This document shows positions 9,743-19,695 of a DNA stretch of 57,731 nucleotides, piece after piece. This stretch comes from an uncultured Bacteroides sp. (lineage in GTDB: Bacteria > Bacillota > Clostridia > Oscillospirales > Ruminococcaceae). A program made the translations under genes and the position numbers. The notes below the pieces were generated by a model. The model was not told where the DNA came from. It saw only the letters and a list, made by a program, of their open reading frames with translations, and searched no databases. The stretch spans positions 1 to 57,731 of the forward strand of contig CAYJLZ010000003.1 of NCBI GenBank assembly GCA_964371265.1, written 5' to 3'. Each line of letters starts with the position of its first letter. The first letter of the stretch is position 1.

Positions 9743-10483
9743 TTACTTGTAAATAAGCTCGGCATGTACCCCGCAAATACGAGCTGCAACAGCCCTAAAC
9801 GCACTGGCAATTGCGCTGCTCTCAAGCAGTGCTTTACCTGTACATGCTGTGTTTAAAATATCACTGCTTTCGGGTATAACGCCCAACAACGGTACGCCTA
9901 CTGTATCTATGCATTCATCTAAATCGTATATATTGCCGCTATGCATGTTTTGTGTTACCTTGTTTATTAAAAGCTTTGTGGTTATGTGGCTGTACTCGCA
10001 CAAAGTATCGGCAATTAACTGGTTTGCCCTTAGCGCTACCGAATTAGGATTGGTAACAATAACCGCCGCATTTGATACAGCACATGCGCACCTAAACGGC
10101 AAGCTATAACCCGAGGCAACATCAAGTATAATAATATTATAGCTGTTTTTTACTTCGTTTAACATATTATAAAAAATTTGTGGGTTAATATTAACATTGC
10201 CTCTTGCAGAGCAAATTACACTAAGCAAATTACTGTGTGGACTTTGGCAAACAGCCTTTTCAATATTACACTGTTGTGTAAAAATATCGCCCAAATCATA
10301 AACTACATTTCCGTAAATTCCCGTTGCGCAGTCAATGCTACCGGGTCCGCTTGAAAACTCGATAACAAGTGTTTTAAGCCCTCTATTTGCAAGAGCGCTT
10401 GCTATTAGCGCCGAACAAACACTTGTGCCGCTGCCACCTTTTGCCGAGCAAAGCGTTAAAATATAAGCCCCGTTTGTATGCAT
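9743..10483 (-). CDS. MinD/ParA-like P-loop protein with degenerate Walker A
   Basis: [29 protein letters not shown] and LLGVIPES are MinD-like; ATG at 10483 after GAGGTG. Confidence 0.75.
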   Translation of the reverse strand: MHTNGAYILTLCSAKGGSGTSVCSALIASALANRGLKTLVIEFSSGPGSIDCATGIYGNVVYDLGDIFTQQCNIEKAVCQSPHSNLLSVICSARGNVNINPQIFYNMLNEVKNSYNIIILDVASGYSLPFRCACAVSNAAVIVTNPNSVALRANQLIADTLCEYSHITTKLLINKVTQNMHSGNIYDLDECIDTVGVPLLGVIPESSDILNTACTGKALLESSAIASAFRAVAARICGVHAELIYK

Positions 10484-10656
10484 TTTGCACACCTCAAATT
10501 AAAAAATGTTCGATATAATGTTTATTATAACATAAATTGCTTTTTTGCACAACTTGTAATTGTGTTTAAAAATTAACGTGGTTTTTAATGCAAAGTGTCA
10601 TTGTTTTGTAACTATTATAGTGTGCATACAAAAATGTTTAAATATAAAAACAACCC

Positions 10657-11763
10657 TTACGGATTGTTAATATACTGTATAATTTCTTTTGCAACACCCT
10701 CGCAAGGAACTTGTTTTTTCACTGCGCCAATGTCGTAGGCAACTTTTGGCATACCGTAAACAATACTTGTTGCCTCGTCTTGACCAATTGTGAAAAAGCC
10801 CTTTTTCCTCATATCCAAAAGGCCGTTTGCACCGTCGGCACCCATACCCGTTAAAATAACACCAACCGATTTACACGTTACATTCTCGGCAACAGATTGA
10901 AACAAAGCATCTACACTTGGGCAGTGGCCACTAATTTTAGGCTCTTTTGTGCATTTAATATAATATTTTCCGCCTTTGTTAATTACTCGTGCTTGAAATT
11001 CAGCAGGGGCAATAAGTACAACTCCGCTTTTTATTTCGTCGCCGTCGGCGGCCTCTTTAACGTAAGTAGGTGCAAGTTTGTTAAGAGTATCGGCATACAT
11101 TTTAGTAAAACCGGCAGGCATATGCTGTACAATAACCATACCGGGCAATTTTTCAGGCATAGATTTTATAATGTTATTTGTTGCCTCGGTACCACCGGTG
11201 GATGCGCCTATAAAAATAAGAAAGTCATCTAAATTAACACCGGGCTTAAATGTAAGCCCGCTACTTGCGGCAATTGTTTGTTTAACTAAGCTGCCGCCAT
11301 TTTGCGCAGTCTCTTGTTTTTGCACAAAAGCACTTTGGGAAATTGGACGCCGCACACGGGCTAAATTTGCACACGATGCCACAACAATTTTTTCTTTTAA
11401 CGACTTTATAAAAGTTTCGCGCTTTTCGTTGCCGTCGGGTTTTCTAACAAAATCAACAGCACCGGCGTTAAGTGCCTCAAATATACGTATATTTAACGAC
11501 GACACAAGAATTACCGGCACAGGATATGTAGATAAAAAGCTTTTTACAAAATCTATACCGTTTGTGCCGGGCATTTCAACGTCCATTGTAACAACATCGG
11601 GTTTTAATGCAACAATTTTGCTTTTTGCATCGTCAGCATTAACCGCGTAGTCTATAACCTCTATATTTGAATTCTCGCCTGTAATGCCATTTTTAATAAA
11701 ATTTCGGGCAACGGCCGAATCGTCTACTACAAGCACCTTAATCATTCGTTTTGTTGTCTGCAT
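10657..11763 (-). CDS. cheB: Chemotaxis methylesterase CheB
   Basis: REC domain (VVDD, MDVEMP) plus catalytic GASTGG, QHM and LTGMGADG. Confidence 0.96.
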   Translation of the reverse strand: MQTTKRMIKVLVVDDSAVARNFIKNGITGENSNIEVIDYAVNADDAKSKIVALKPDVVTMDVEMPGTNGIDFVKSFLSTYPVPVILVSSLNIRIFEALNAGAVDFVRKPDGNEKRETFIKSLKEKIVVASCANLARVRRPISQSAFVQKQETAQNGGSLVKQTIAASSGLTFKPGVNLDDFLIFIGASTGGTEATNNIIKSMPEKLPGMVIVQHMPAGFTKMYADTLNKLAPTYVKEAADGDEIKSGVVLIAPAEFQARVINKGGKYYIKCTKEPKISGHCPSVDALFQSVAENVTCKSVGVILTGMGADGANGLLDMRKKGFFTIGQDEATSIVYGMPKVAYDIGAVKKQVPCEGVAKEIIQYINNP

Positions 11764-11834
11764 TAATAGCAACCTTTCGTATCGGCATAAACCGTTATTT
11801 GTCGATAATAATAAAGAAGTTGTTATAAAACAAA

Positions 11835-12671
11835 CTATTTCTTTTTGTAAACAGCATTGTAAACTGTTTCAAAGGATGAATTATTTCTCAGTGGCTCGGA
11901 ATGGCTTGTAAACAAATATCCACCCGGAACAAGAGCATTGCAAAACCTATCAACAAGCGCATCTCGCGTTTGTTGATCGAAGTAAATCATAACATTTCTG
12001 CAAAAAATAATATCAAACTTTCGCTTAAAATTAAAATTTTCCATCAAGTTAAACGTTCGAAAAATGCAATTATTTCGAAGGCTGTCCTTAACTGTGTAAA
12101 GATCAGATTTGCTGTCGTGCGTAAAATATTTTGCAAGCAAGTGCTTTGGCACGTCTGCCGGGTGTTTATAGCGGCCTACACTCGCTTTAGACAGTGCCTG
12201 AAGAGAAATATCTGTGGCAAGTATCCGTGTATCCCATTTTTGGCCTTTGCCCTCGAAATACTCCTTTAAAAACATGCTTAAAGTGTATGGCTCCTCGCCC
12301 GAAGAACAACCTGCGCTCCAAATAGATATAACCTTGTCGTTCTGATGCATTTTTTCGAAAATAGGCAACAAATTATCGTTTAAAAATTCGAAATGCTCTT
12401 TTTCGCGCATAAAAAACGTGTAATTTGTTGTAAGCTTATTTAAAACAAGCTCAAGCAAGCTGTCATCATTAGATTTATGAAGGGCGTTTCCAAAATCGGC
12501 AAAGCTGTTGTATCCAATTTTTTTTATCTCAAAGGCAAGCCTACTTGCAATAAGCTGCTTTTTGTTCGATAAATCTATGCCGTAAGTCGATTTCATAAAA
12601 TTAATCAATTTATCAAAATCTTTGGTGTTAATATCTGTCTGTTCAAATGCACTTTCGGCCAAAAAGCTCAA
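11835..12671 (-). CDS. cheR: Chemotaxis methyltransferase CheR
   Basis: TTNYTFFMRE, WSAGCSSGEEPY, ATDIS and IFCRNVMIYF motifs. Confidence 0.96.
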   Translation of the reverse strand: MSFLAESAFEQTDINTKDFDKLINFMKSTYGIDLSNKKQLIASRLAFEIKKIGYNSFADFGNALHKSNDDSLLELVLNKLTTNYTFFMREKEHFEFLNDNLLPIFEKMHQNDKVISIWSAGCSSGEEPYTLSMFLKEYFEGKGQKWDTRILATDISLQALSKASVGRYKHPADVPKHLLAKYFTHDSKSDLYTVKDSLRNNCIFRTFNLMENFNFKRKFDIIFCRNVMIYFDQQTRDALVDRFCNALVPGGYLFTSHSEPLRNNSSFETVYNAVYKKK

Positions 12672-12720
12672 CTCACTCTCATTATTGTATAACGCTAAAT
12701 ATAAGCGCTATTAAACATAA

Positions 12721-13197
12721 CTATGCCTGTTGCAACAGTTGAAGAACATCAAATTCTATCATAGTTTTATCATCGGCAATTGTGTACATGCCCGAGGATA
12801 ACCCAAGATCATCTTTAGCAGTTCTCAAAGGCTGTATGCTATTTACAGGTATATCAATCATTTTTTCTACGTCGTCAACAATTGCACCAACAAGGTTATC
12901 GTCAACACTTATAATAATAACGCAGCATTTTTCGCTCATTTCTTGGTTTAAAAACTTGCGCACGTCTAATAAAGGTATAATTTGCCCACGCAAATTTATA
13001 ATACCTGCAACATAGTCGGGCAACAAAGGCACTTGCCTCACAGCAAAGTTAGTTATAATTTCAACAACATACTCTGCCTTAACGCCAAAAAGCAACCCAC
13101 CCGATGAAAAAAGCAAATATTTGTCGTAATCGTAGCTGATATCCACTTCTTCAGGTGCGTTTTCGTCATATTTGGCAAACAAACCGTTGTTTTGCAT
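12721..13197 (-). CDS. cheW: Chemotaxis coupling protein CheW
   Basis: GIINLRGQIIPLLD and GAIVDDV motifs; lies between cheA and cheR. Confidence 0.92.
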   Translation of the reverse strand: MQNNGLFAKYDENAPEEVDISYDYDKYLLFSSGGLLFGVKAEYVVEIITNFAVRQVPLLPDYVAGIINLRGQIIPLLDVRKFLNQEMSEKCCVIIISVDDNLVGAIVDDVEKMIDIPVNSIQPLRTAKDDLGLSSGMYTIADDKTMIEFDVLQLLQQA

Positions 13198-13254
13198 AAA
13201 AATCTCCCATCTGCCCTATAAAGGCTCTTTATACAATAAAGCTAAAATTTAAAT

Positions 13255-15345
13255 TTACCTTGCACTAGGCGAGTAAATATTGCTTGCATCTAAAATTAGG
13301 CTTATATTTCCGTCGCCTAAGATAGTACAGCCCGAAATACCGCTGCTTTTAATTTTGTACTTATTTAAATAATTGGGCAGCGGCTTAACAACAACTTGTT
13401 GTTCGCCAAGTAGCTCGTCTACAAACAAACAATACGATAATTCTCCTGTATCAAGCCAAATTAAAATGCCGTCTTCTATCTTAGTATAGCCACCCTCAAT
13501 TTGATATACATCTCTCATTCGCACGACAGGATAAAATGTACCAAGGCACCTGTACAATTCTCCGCCACTGGCATCTGTAATAATGTCGTCGCTTGAAATT
13601 TTAAACGATTGGCGTATGCTTTGTATAGGTATAGTATAAATTCCTCCGCCTACGCTTACTTCCATACCGTCCATAATTGCCATTGTAAGCGGTATTTTAA
13701 GCGTTGTACACATGCCTTTGCCTTTTTCGCTTTTAATTGTAACAGTGCCGCCAACGCTCTCCACATTTTGTTTTGCAACGTCCATTCCAACGCCGCGGCC
13801 GCTAAATTCGGTAACTTGTGCGTTTGTACTAAACCCGGGAGCTAAAAGCATATTTAATATTTCTTTTTCGCTGTAATCAACACCCTCAAGAGCGATGCCT
13901 TTGCGTATTGCTTTATTTAAAACAGCATCGCAATCTACGCCTTTACCGTCATCTTTTATTTCAATAATAACTTCGCTACCGGTATGTGTTGCCGAAAGTA
14001 TAAGTTCGCCCACAGGGTTTTTGCCGGCATCTATACGATCTTGCGGAGTTTTTTCAATGCCGTGGTCCATACTGTTGCGAACGATGTGCATAATGGGATC
14101 GCCTATCGTATCTACAATTGTTTTATCAACCTCGGTGTCGGCGCCAATTAAAGTTAGGTGAACTTGCTTACCCAGTTTTTTGCTCATGTCTCGCACAATT
14201 CTGTTCATTTTTTGGAACGTAGCCGAAACAGGTATCATTCTAAGCGACATCGAAACATCTTGCAACTCGTCAGTAAGCTTTCTAAGCTGCCTTGCCGATT
14301 TCGTAAACGCATCGAGTTGAACGTTTTTTAAATCGGGGCTTGAAGTAACCATGCTCTCGGTAATAACAATTTCGCCTACAACAGCGGCAAGTTGGTCGAG
14401 TTTACTTAAATTAACGCTAATAAGGCTCTCTTTGTTGTTAACCGCAGGCGGTGCTGCTTGGGGCGGTGCCTTTGCCGGTGCGCTAGCGTTTTGCGCGGCG
14501 CTCGAGTTTTGTAAAACCTCTTGCGCTGAAACACTTTCAGTGCTCTGCGGCAAATCAGTTGTAGGTTGTTTTTCATCAGCTAATATTTTTTCGTAGCTGG
14601 CAACAGATGATGCTGAAGAAACAACGGGAACACACGCATCTCGCATGTCTTCGGATTTAAATAAAATTAAAAAGCCGTTTTTAATAATATTTTCAATCTC
14701 CTCGGCGGGGCCGGTATCGGCAGGTACTGTTACAAAATCAGAGGCATCACAGATGTCTTTAACCGAGTTTGCAACCATTGTAGCACGCAAATTTTCCATG
14801 CCCGTGCCATCTTCAAAGTGCACAAGAAGCCCAAACTTATACTCGCCGCTGACGTTTTCATCAGCAGTGTTATTAGTTTGTGCGCTTTCGTTTGATTGCA
14901 CTTGAGGCTTTTGTGCTGCAACAGGTGCACCGCCGTTTTCAATTTGATCGATAAAGCTATTAACTTTTTCGAGTAAACTGTCGATATTCTCTGTAAGAGG
15001 TCTTGAATTTTCAATATTTTCAATCTCTTCTCTGAAAAAGTCTATCGATTTAAATAGCAAATCAAACAATTCGGGCCTTAAATTTTCCGGTACAATATCA
15101 ATTGATTTTTCGCGCACAATGGCGAACATATCCTCGGCCCTGTGCGCAATTTTCATTAGTGAATTAAACTCCATCATCGCTGAGGCACCCTTTACGGTGT
15201 GCATAATTCGAAAAATGGAATTAACGTCGTCTTCGCTGAAATTGTCGGCCGCTTCAGCTTCTAAAACAATGCTGTCAAGTTGTTCAAGCAGAGTGTTTGT
15301 TTCATAAAGAAAAGCACCCATAATGCTGTCGTTTCCTGTACTCAT
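13255..15345 (-). CDS. cheA: Chemotaxis histidine kinase CheA
   Basis: Hpt HTVKG, RNSMDHG, DDGKG, GFST, SGRGVGMD, and a C-terminal CheW-like domain. Confidence 0.97.
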   Translation of the reverse strand: MSTGNDSIMGAFLYETNTLLEQLDSIVLEAEAADNFSEDDVNSIFRIMHTVKGASAMMEFNSLMKIAHRAEDMFAIVREKSIDIVPENLRPELFDLLFKSIDFFREEIENIENSRPLTENIDSLLEKVNSFIDQIENGGAPVAAQKPQVQSNESAQTNNTADENVSGEYKFGLLVHFEDGTGMENLRATMVANSVKDICDASDFVTVPADTGPAEEIENIIKNGFLILFKSEDMRDACVPVVSSASSVASYEKILADEKQPTTDLPQSTESVSAQEVLQNSSAAQNASAPAKAPPQAAPPAVNNKESLISVNLSKLDQLAAVVGEIVITESMVTSSPDLKNVQLDAFTKSARQLRKLTDELQDVSMSLRMIPVSATFQKMNRIVRDMSKKLGKQVHLTLIGADTEVDKTIVDTIGDPIMHIVRNSMDHGIEKTPQDRIDAGKNPVGELILSATHTGSEVIIEIKDDGKGVDCDAVLNKAIRKGIALEGVDYSEKEILNMLLAPGFSTNAQVTEFSGRGVGMDVAKQNVESVGGTVTIKSEKGKGMCTTLKIPLTMAIMDGMEVSVGGGIYTIPIQSIRQSFKISSDDIITDASGGELYRCLGTFYPVVRMRDVYQIEGGYTKIEDGILIWLDTGELSYCLFVDELLGEQQVVVKPLPNYLNKYKIKSSGISGCTILGDGNISLILDASNIYSPSAR

Positions 15346-15386
15346 AAATCGTATCCTTCCTCATAAAAAAGTACTTCATAAGATAT

Positions 15387-15413
15387 ATATCGACATAGTT
15401 TTTTAAATATTAA
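15387..15413 (-). promoter_or_regulatory. Putative sigma-28 (FliA/SigD) promoter of cheA-W-R-B
   Basis: Minus strand TTAA-N15-GTCGATAT versus consensus TAAA-N15-GCCGATAT, ~40 nt upstream of the cheA ATG. Confidence 0.6.
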
Positions 15414-15451
15414 GCAAATAATTTATTTTTTAAGAAAAGGTGATAAAATAA

Positions 15452-16894
15452 ATGGCAAATTTAATGGGTGTAACAAATCCGTCGCCGGCTCACGACAGTA
15501 TGTCGAACAACCGTCCATCGCAAGAACCGGTAAAAACAAACGACACTACGGTTAAAAATATTACCGACCCATCAAGGGTGGTAAGGGCAGATGCAAGAAC
15601 GGACCAAAGCAGTTCTCAAGATGCACAATCAGCGGCACTTCGCTATAACAGCAACATGCAGTCGTTTATAGAAAAACTGAAAAATGCACCCGACCTTGCA
15701 AAAGAGATATCGAAGGCGATGACTCTTATGCAAAGCACCGTTTCTACGCCGGGATTGTCGGAAAATGTAACATCTGAAATGGCTGCGTTTTTAAAAATGA
15801 TAAACATGGATGAAAAGGCTTTTCGAAGCTTTTTTAAATCGCAAATGAGCACTCAAAGCAGGTTTTCGGGCCCGCTTTTTGATATGCTTAGAGCGATGTA
15901 TAATTCATCTCAAAGCAATACGGTAAAACAAGGAATTTTAAATTTTTTAAAACGGTACGGAGATTTTACTCAAACGGGGCACATACAAAAAAATATGGAG
16001 GGACTATTAAATCAAATTAGCGACTATTTGCCAAGTAGCTGGAGAGATAAACTGGCCGAAATGACAGCAAAATTACAGGCGGGTTTTAATGTATCCTCGC
16101 GCTCCGACAACTTAAAGCTATTACAAAACGACATTATACCATACCTTGCCTCTTACATAGAGCGGACAAACGATATGGGATACGCCAGAACTTTGCTTAG
16201 TATGCTTATGCTAAACATTCCAAGGTACGAAAACGGCTCGCAAGAGGGTATGCTTATGGCATTTAGGCAACTTGGAAGCTACAATCAGCCGCTTACAGAG
16301 CTTAACAGGCTTGACAACACAGCACTGTTAAAGCTTTTAACTAATTCTAACTATGCAAAGGCTTTGGGCAACGATGCTTTTACAGCGCAGTTTTCGCATA
16401 TAGCACAGCAGGCGCTTAGCGGCGCTTACGGAAGCGATATGAAAGACGTTTTTTCAGAAATAATAAGGGCTATTTTACTGAATGAAAGCGTATATATGAC
16501 GGTAAATCATAATATTTTGCCAATGGAGTACAACGGAAAGATGATGTACTCGGAAATGTGGGTTGACCCTGACGCAGACGGCGACAAAAACGGAAGGGGC
16601 AAAAATTCAAATAACGAGAGAATACAGTTTTTATTTAAGCTGGATATACAAAATTTAGGCTTTGTGGAGATGACATTATCGGCTCAAAAAAACAATGTGG
16701 ACATGAACATTTACGGGCCTCAAGAGGTGGCAGATTTAGGCGAAATAATTAGAGAAGACATAAGAGGAATATTTTCGCAGCATGGGATTAATTGCAATAA
16801 TTTAAACGTTGAAAAATGCGAAACCCCCATAGCAATAACAAAAGTATTTCCCGACTTGTTTAAAGGAGGGCGCAACGTAAATGTCAAAATCTAA
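15452..16894 (+). CDS. Hypothetical protein with FliK-like C-terminal domain (YlqG-like)
   Basis: 480 aa; C-terminal FKLDIQNLGFVEMTL...VDMNI resembles the FliK switch domain; overlaps the FlhB-C gene. Confidence 0.6.
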   Translation: MANLMGVTNPSPAHDSMSNNRPSQEPVKTNDTTVKNITDPSRVVRADARTDQSSSQDAQSAALRYNSNMQSFIEKLKNAPDLAKEISKAMTLMQSTVSTPGLSENVTSEMAAFLKMINMDEKAFRSFFKSQMSTQSRFSGPLFDMLRAMYNSSQSNTVKQGILNFLKRYGDFTQTGHIQKNMEGLLNQISDYLPSSWRDKLAEMTAKLQAGFNVSSRSDNLKLLQNDIIPYLASYIERTNDMGYARTLLSMLMLNIPRYENGSQEGMLMAFRQLGSYNQPLTELNRLDNTALLKLLTNSNYAKALGNDAFTAQFSHIAQQALSGAYGSDMKDVFSEIIRAILLNESVYMTVNHNILPMEYNGKMMYSEMWVDPDADGDKNGRGKNSNNERIQFLFKLDIQNLGFVEMTLSAQKNNVDMNIYGPQEVADLGEIIREDIRGIFSQHGINCNNLNVEKCETPIAITKVFPDLFKGGRNVNVKI

Positions 16895-17246
16895 AAATTT
16901 TAAAGAAATGGCAAGTAAGCCACGCGCTGTTGCATTAAGTTACGATACCGACCACGGTGCACCGGTAATAGTTGCCTCGGGCATGGGGCATTTAGCCGAA
17001 AAAATAGTTGAAGTTGCAAGCGATCACGGTGTACCTGTGTACGAGGACAACTCGCTGGCAACGGTGCTTTCACAGCTAGAGCTGGGAAGGCAAATACCCG
17101 AAGAGCTGTACAGCGCAATAGTTGAAATTTATATATACTTTTTAAGCTTTGATCCATCTGACCCTGAAAAACACAGGCGAGAGCGAGCTGAAAAGCAAGA
17201 TGAAATTGTTGAACAAAGTGACGATATTGAACAAATTGAAGAGTAA
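16881..17246 (+). CDS. Stand-alone FlhB C-terminal domain protein (YlqH/FlhX-like)
   Basis: AVALSY...APVIVASG...AEKI...VPVYED..LA...IPEELYSAIVEI parallels the post-NPTH part of FlhB at 36280-37347. Confidence 0.85.
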   Translation: MSKSKNFKEMASKPRAVALSYDTDHGAPVIVASGMGHLAEKIVEVASDHGVPVYEDNSLATVLSQLELGRQIPEELYSAIVEIYIYFLSFDPSDPEKHRRERAEKQDEIVEQSDDIEQIEE

Positions 17247-17374
17247 ATAAAAAAATTTTAAATAATTTTAAAAAAAGGCTAGCAAGATTAGGCGAATTGC
17301 GATATAATGTATCAATAACAAAATAGCACACTACTTTATCGCTAAATTTGGTGGAAAAATGAACGGAGACAATA

Positions 17375-17947
17375 ATGGCATTTAAGTACAAGATTTACGA
17401 CAATAGCGGAAAAATGATAGGCGATGCGTTTTCTGACGATGCACCGACAAGTCCGGTTTGGAGGATGATACTTGCCCAAGCAGACGCACAGGTAATTATT
17501 GCCGAAAAAAATGTAAAAGTTGTTATACCAGATGCCGAGAATGACCCAATAGAGGGCGAGGTCATATCTTCTAACGGCAGCATTGTTACAATTAAAGGCG
17601 TTAGAGTGCGAGAAAATTTGCGCATGCCTGTAAAATTTTCAACCTATATTTACCCTATTGACGATAGCTGGAAAGGTCGCAGCAAAATAATAGGAAACGA
17701 CTTAAGTTGCGGTGGATTTGCGTTTTTTAGCGAGAGAGAATTAAAGGTAGATGAGGTTGTGGAAACAGTTTTGCCAATTACCTCAAGGCCGCTGATACTG
17801 CGCTTAAAAATATTGCGCACAAGGCAACTTAACGATGGTAGGCTTATGTATGCCGCCGAATTTCATGAAATGTTGCACGAGGAAGAAACAATGATAAGAG
17901 AAACTGTTTTTAGATTGCAAGTGCACTATGTACCCGATGATAATTAA
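17375..17947 (+). CDS. PilZ-domain c-di-GMP receptor (YcgR/MotI-like flagellar brake candidate)
   Basis: RxxxR (RENLR) and DxSxxG (DLSCGG) motifs. Confidence 0.82.
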   Translation: MAFKYKIYDNSGKMIGDAFSDDAPTSPVWRMILAQADAQVIIAEKNVKVVIPDAENDPIEGEVISSNGSIVTIKGVRVRENLRMPVKFSTYIYPIDDSWKGRSKIIGNDLSCGGFAFFSERELKVDEVVETVLPITSRPLILRLKILRTRQLNDGRLMYAAEFHEMLHEEETMIRETVFRLQVHYVPDDN

Positions 17948-18310
17948 TATACGGCATAGTTTTTGTATTTATACAAAATTATATACATATTTGTGCCGTG
18001 TGCTTAAAATAAAAATTTATCTAAAATCCAACAACAAAATATACTTTATTAACATAAACTTTAAACAAAACAGCTCTTTAAACTGTGCATTTTGCCGGAT
18101 AAAAAAGAGGTGTTTTTTTGTTGTATAATCAATGCCGCTTAATTTAACACAGTAAATCAATAAAGTGAAATTTATTTTTCGAGCATAAAAAATATAACGT
18201 TATGCAATGTTTTTTGTGCAATATGATACAAACTATTTCCTTTTTTGGAAATATTTTTTTGCATTTTAAGCAATTTTTTTTTAAAACGTGTAGAATTTTG
18301 TAAATTTAAA

Positions 18311-18319
18311 TGTTATAAT
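18311..18319 (+). promoter_or_regulatory. Extended -10 SigA-type promoter candidate for the flgB operon
   Basis: TGTTATAAT ~70 nt upstream of flgB; weak -35. Confidence 0.45.
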
Positions 18320-18389
18320 TATACAAGATTTACATTAAATTAGTATTTATTTAATAATTTATATTTATTAATAAGAAGAGGTGAAAAAT

Positions 18390-18779
18390 ATGGATTTATT
18401 CACAAACAGTTCAATGCTGATGATGGAAAAATCTTTGGATTACTTATGGACGAAACAATCGGCAGTGCTTGACAACATAGCAAACGTAGAGACACCGGGT
18501 TACAAGTCAAAGTATGTTACGTTTGAAGATGCTTTGAATAATGCCATACTCTCTTCGACAGATGAGCGAGGAATAACAAAAAATGCTCAAAGGGCAATTG
18601 AAAGCGCCGATATACAGGTGCACACAAACGAAAACGAGAGCACAAGGCTTGATGGCAACAGCGTTAATATAACCGAGCAAAATGTAGAGCTTACGCGAAA
18701 TGCATACCAAATGCAGTTTGTTATGGACTCGATATCAACCGATATTAGCATTATTCGCAGTGCAATAGGCGGCGCATAG
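18390..18779 (+). CDS. flgB: Flagellar basal-body rod protein FlgB
   Basis: NIANVETPGYK and RLDGNSVN motifs; ATG at 18390 after GAGGTG. Confidence 0.93.
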   Translation: MDLFTNSSMLMMEKSLDYLWTKQSAVLDNIANVETPGYKSKYVTFEDALNNAILSSTDERGITKNAQRAIESADIQVHTNENESTRLDGNSVNITEQNVELTRNAYQMQFVMDSISTDISIIRSAIGGA

Positions 18780-18825
18780 TTGCTAATTTACAATAAGTTA
18801 ACCGTTTAAAAGATGGGAGGAAAAC

Positions 18826-19269
18826 ATGGCGTTTTTAAATTCTATGAGCGTAGTGGGCAGTGGCCTTACGGCACAGCAACAAAGAATAGACGTAATAAGT
18901 GAAAACATTACAAACATAAACACAACACGAACAGAGGATGGCACAGCTTACAGAAGGAAAATTGTAGTTTTGCAAGCAGAGGAAAACAACTCGTTTTCAA
19001 GTGCTTTGGAAAATGCATACAACTCTACAACGCAAACACAGGGCGGTGTTAAGGTAGCGCAAATTTTAGAAGATGAGTCGGATTTAAAGCTGGTGTACGA
19101 TCCATCGCACCCGGATGCAAACGAGAATGGGTATGTTGAAATGCCAAATGTAGACCTTATAAAAGAAACGGCAGATGCAATGGCGGCAAGCCAGGCGTTT
19201 TCGGCAAATGTAACGGCGTTTAACGTACTTAAAAGTGTAACGCAAAAGGCGCTTGAAATAGGAAAGTAA
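18826..19269 (+). CDS. flgC: Flagellar basal-body rod protein FlgC
   Basis: SGLTAQ..RIDVISENI, YRRK and YDPSHPDA..GYVEMPNVD motifs. Confidence 0.96.
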   Translation: MAFLNSMSVVGSGLTAQQQRIDVISENITNINTTRTEDGTAYRRKIVVLQAEENNSFSSALENAYNSTTQTQGGVKVAQILEDESDLKLVYDPSHPDANENGYVEMPNVDLIKETADAMAASQAFSANVTAFNVLKSVTQKALEIGK

Positions 19270-19311
19270 GATAGAGGTAAGTTGATAGAGATAACAAAAC
19301 AAATGTAAAGG

Positions 19312-19623
19312 ATGGATATTATGGATTTTACACCCATTTTAAAAATAGACCCTTTGTTTAACTCGAGCGACCAACAGCTGCAATCAGGCACACTGGCAGA
19401 CACAAGTATGTTTGCAGATATTTTTACATCGGCAATAGAGAACGTAAAGCAAACAGACGCAACCAAAAACGATTTGCAATATAGACTTGCAACAGGTCAG
19501 CTTGATAACCCTGCAGAACTTACAATTGCAGCATCACAAGCGGCTGTTTCGGTAGAATTGTTAGTACAACTTCGCAACACAGCGATTCAGTCGTACAACT
19601 CAATAGTGTCTATGTCGTTTTAA
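19312..19623 (+). CDS. fliE: Hook-basal body protein FliE
   Basis: LATG...A..SVELLVQLRN.AIQSYN.I..M pattern; position between flgC and fliF. Confidence 0.9.
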   Translation: MDIMDFTPILKIDPLFNSSDQQLQSGTLADTSMFADIFTSAIENVKQTDATKNDLQYRLATGQLDNPAELTIAASQAAVSVELLVQLRNTAIQSYNSIVSMSF

Positions 19624-19695
19624 TGCTTAGCACAGTTAAAACACGGCCGAATATAACATTAAACTTCTCATAGGTTACTCGGAGGTAAAATTATT

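Noticed and set aside
17948..18389. c-di-GMP riboswitch or C. difficile-type invertible flagellar switch upstream of flgB
   Set aside because: No GEMM-like motif or long flanking inverted repeats were recognised. Only an AT-rich tract and one hairpin (17951-17999) after the PilZ gene are present.
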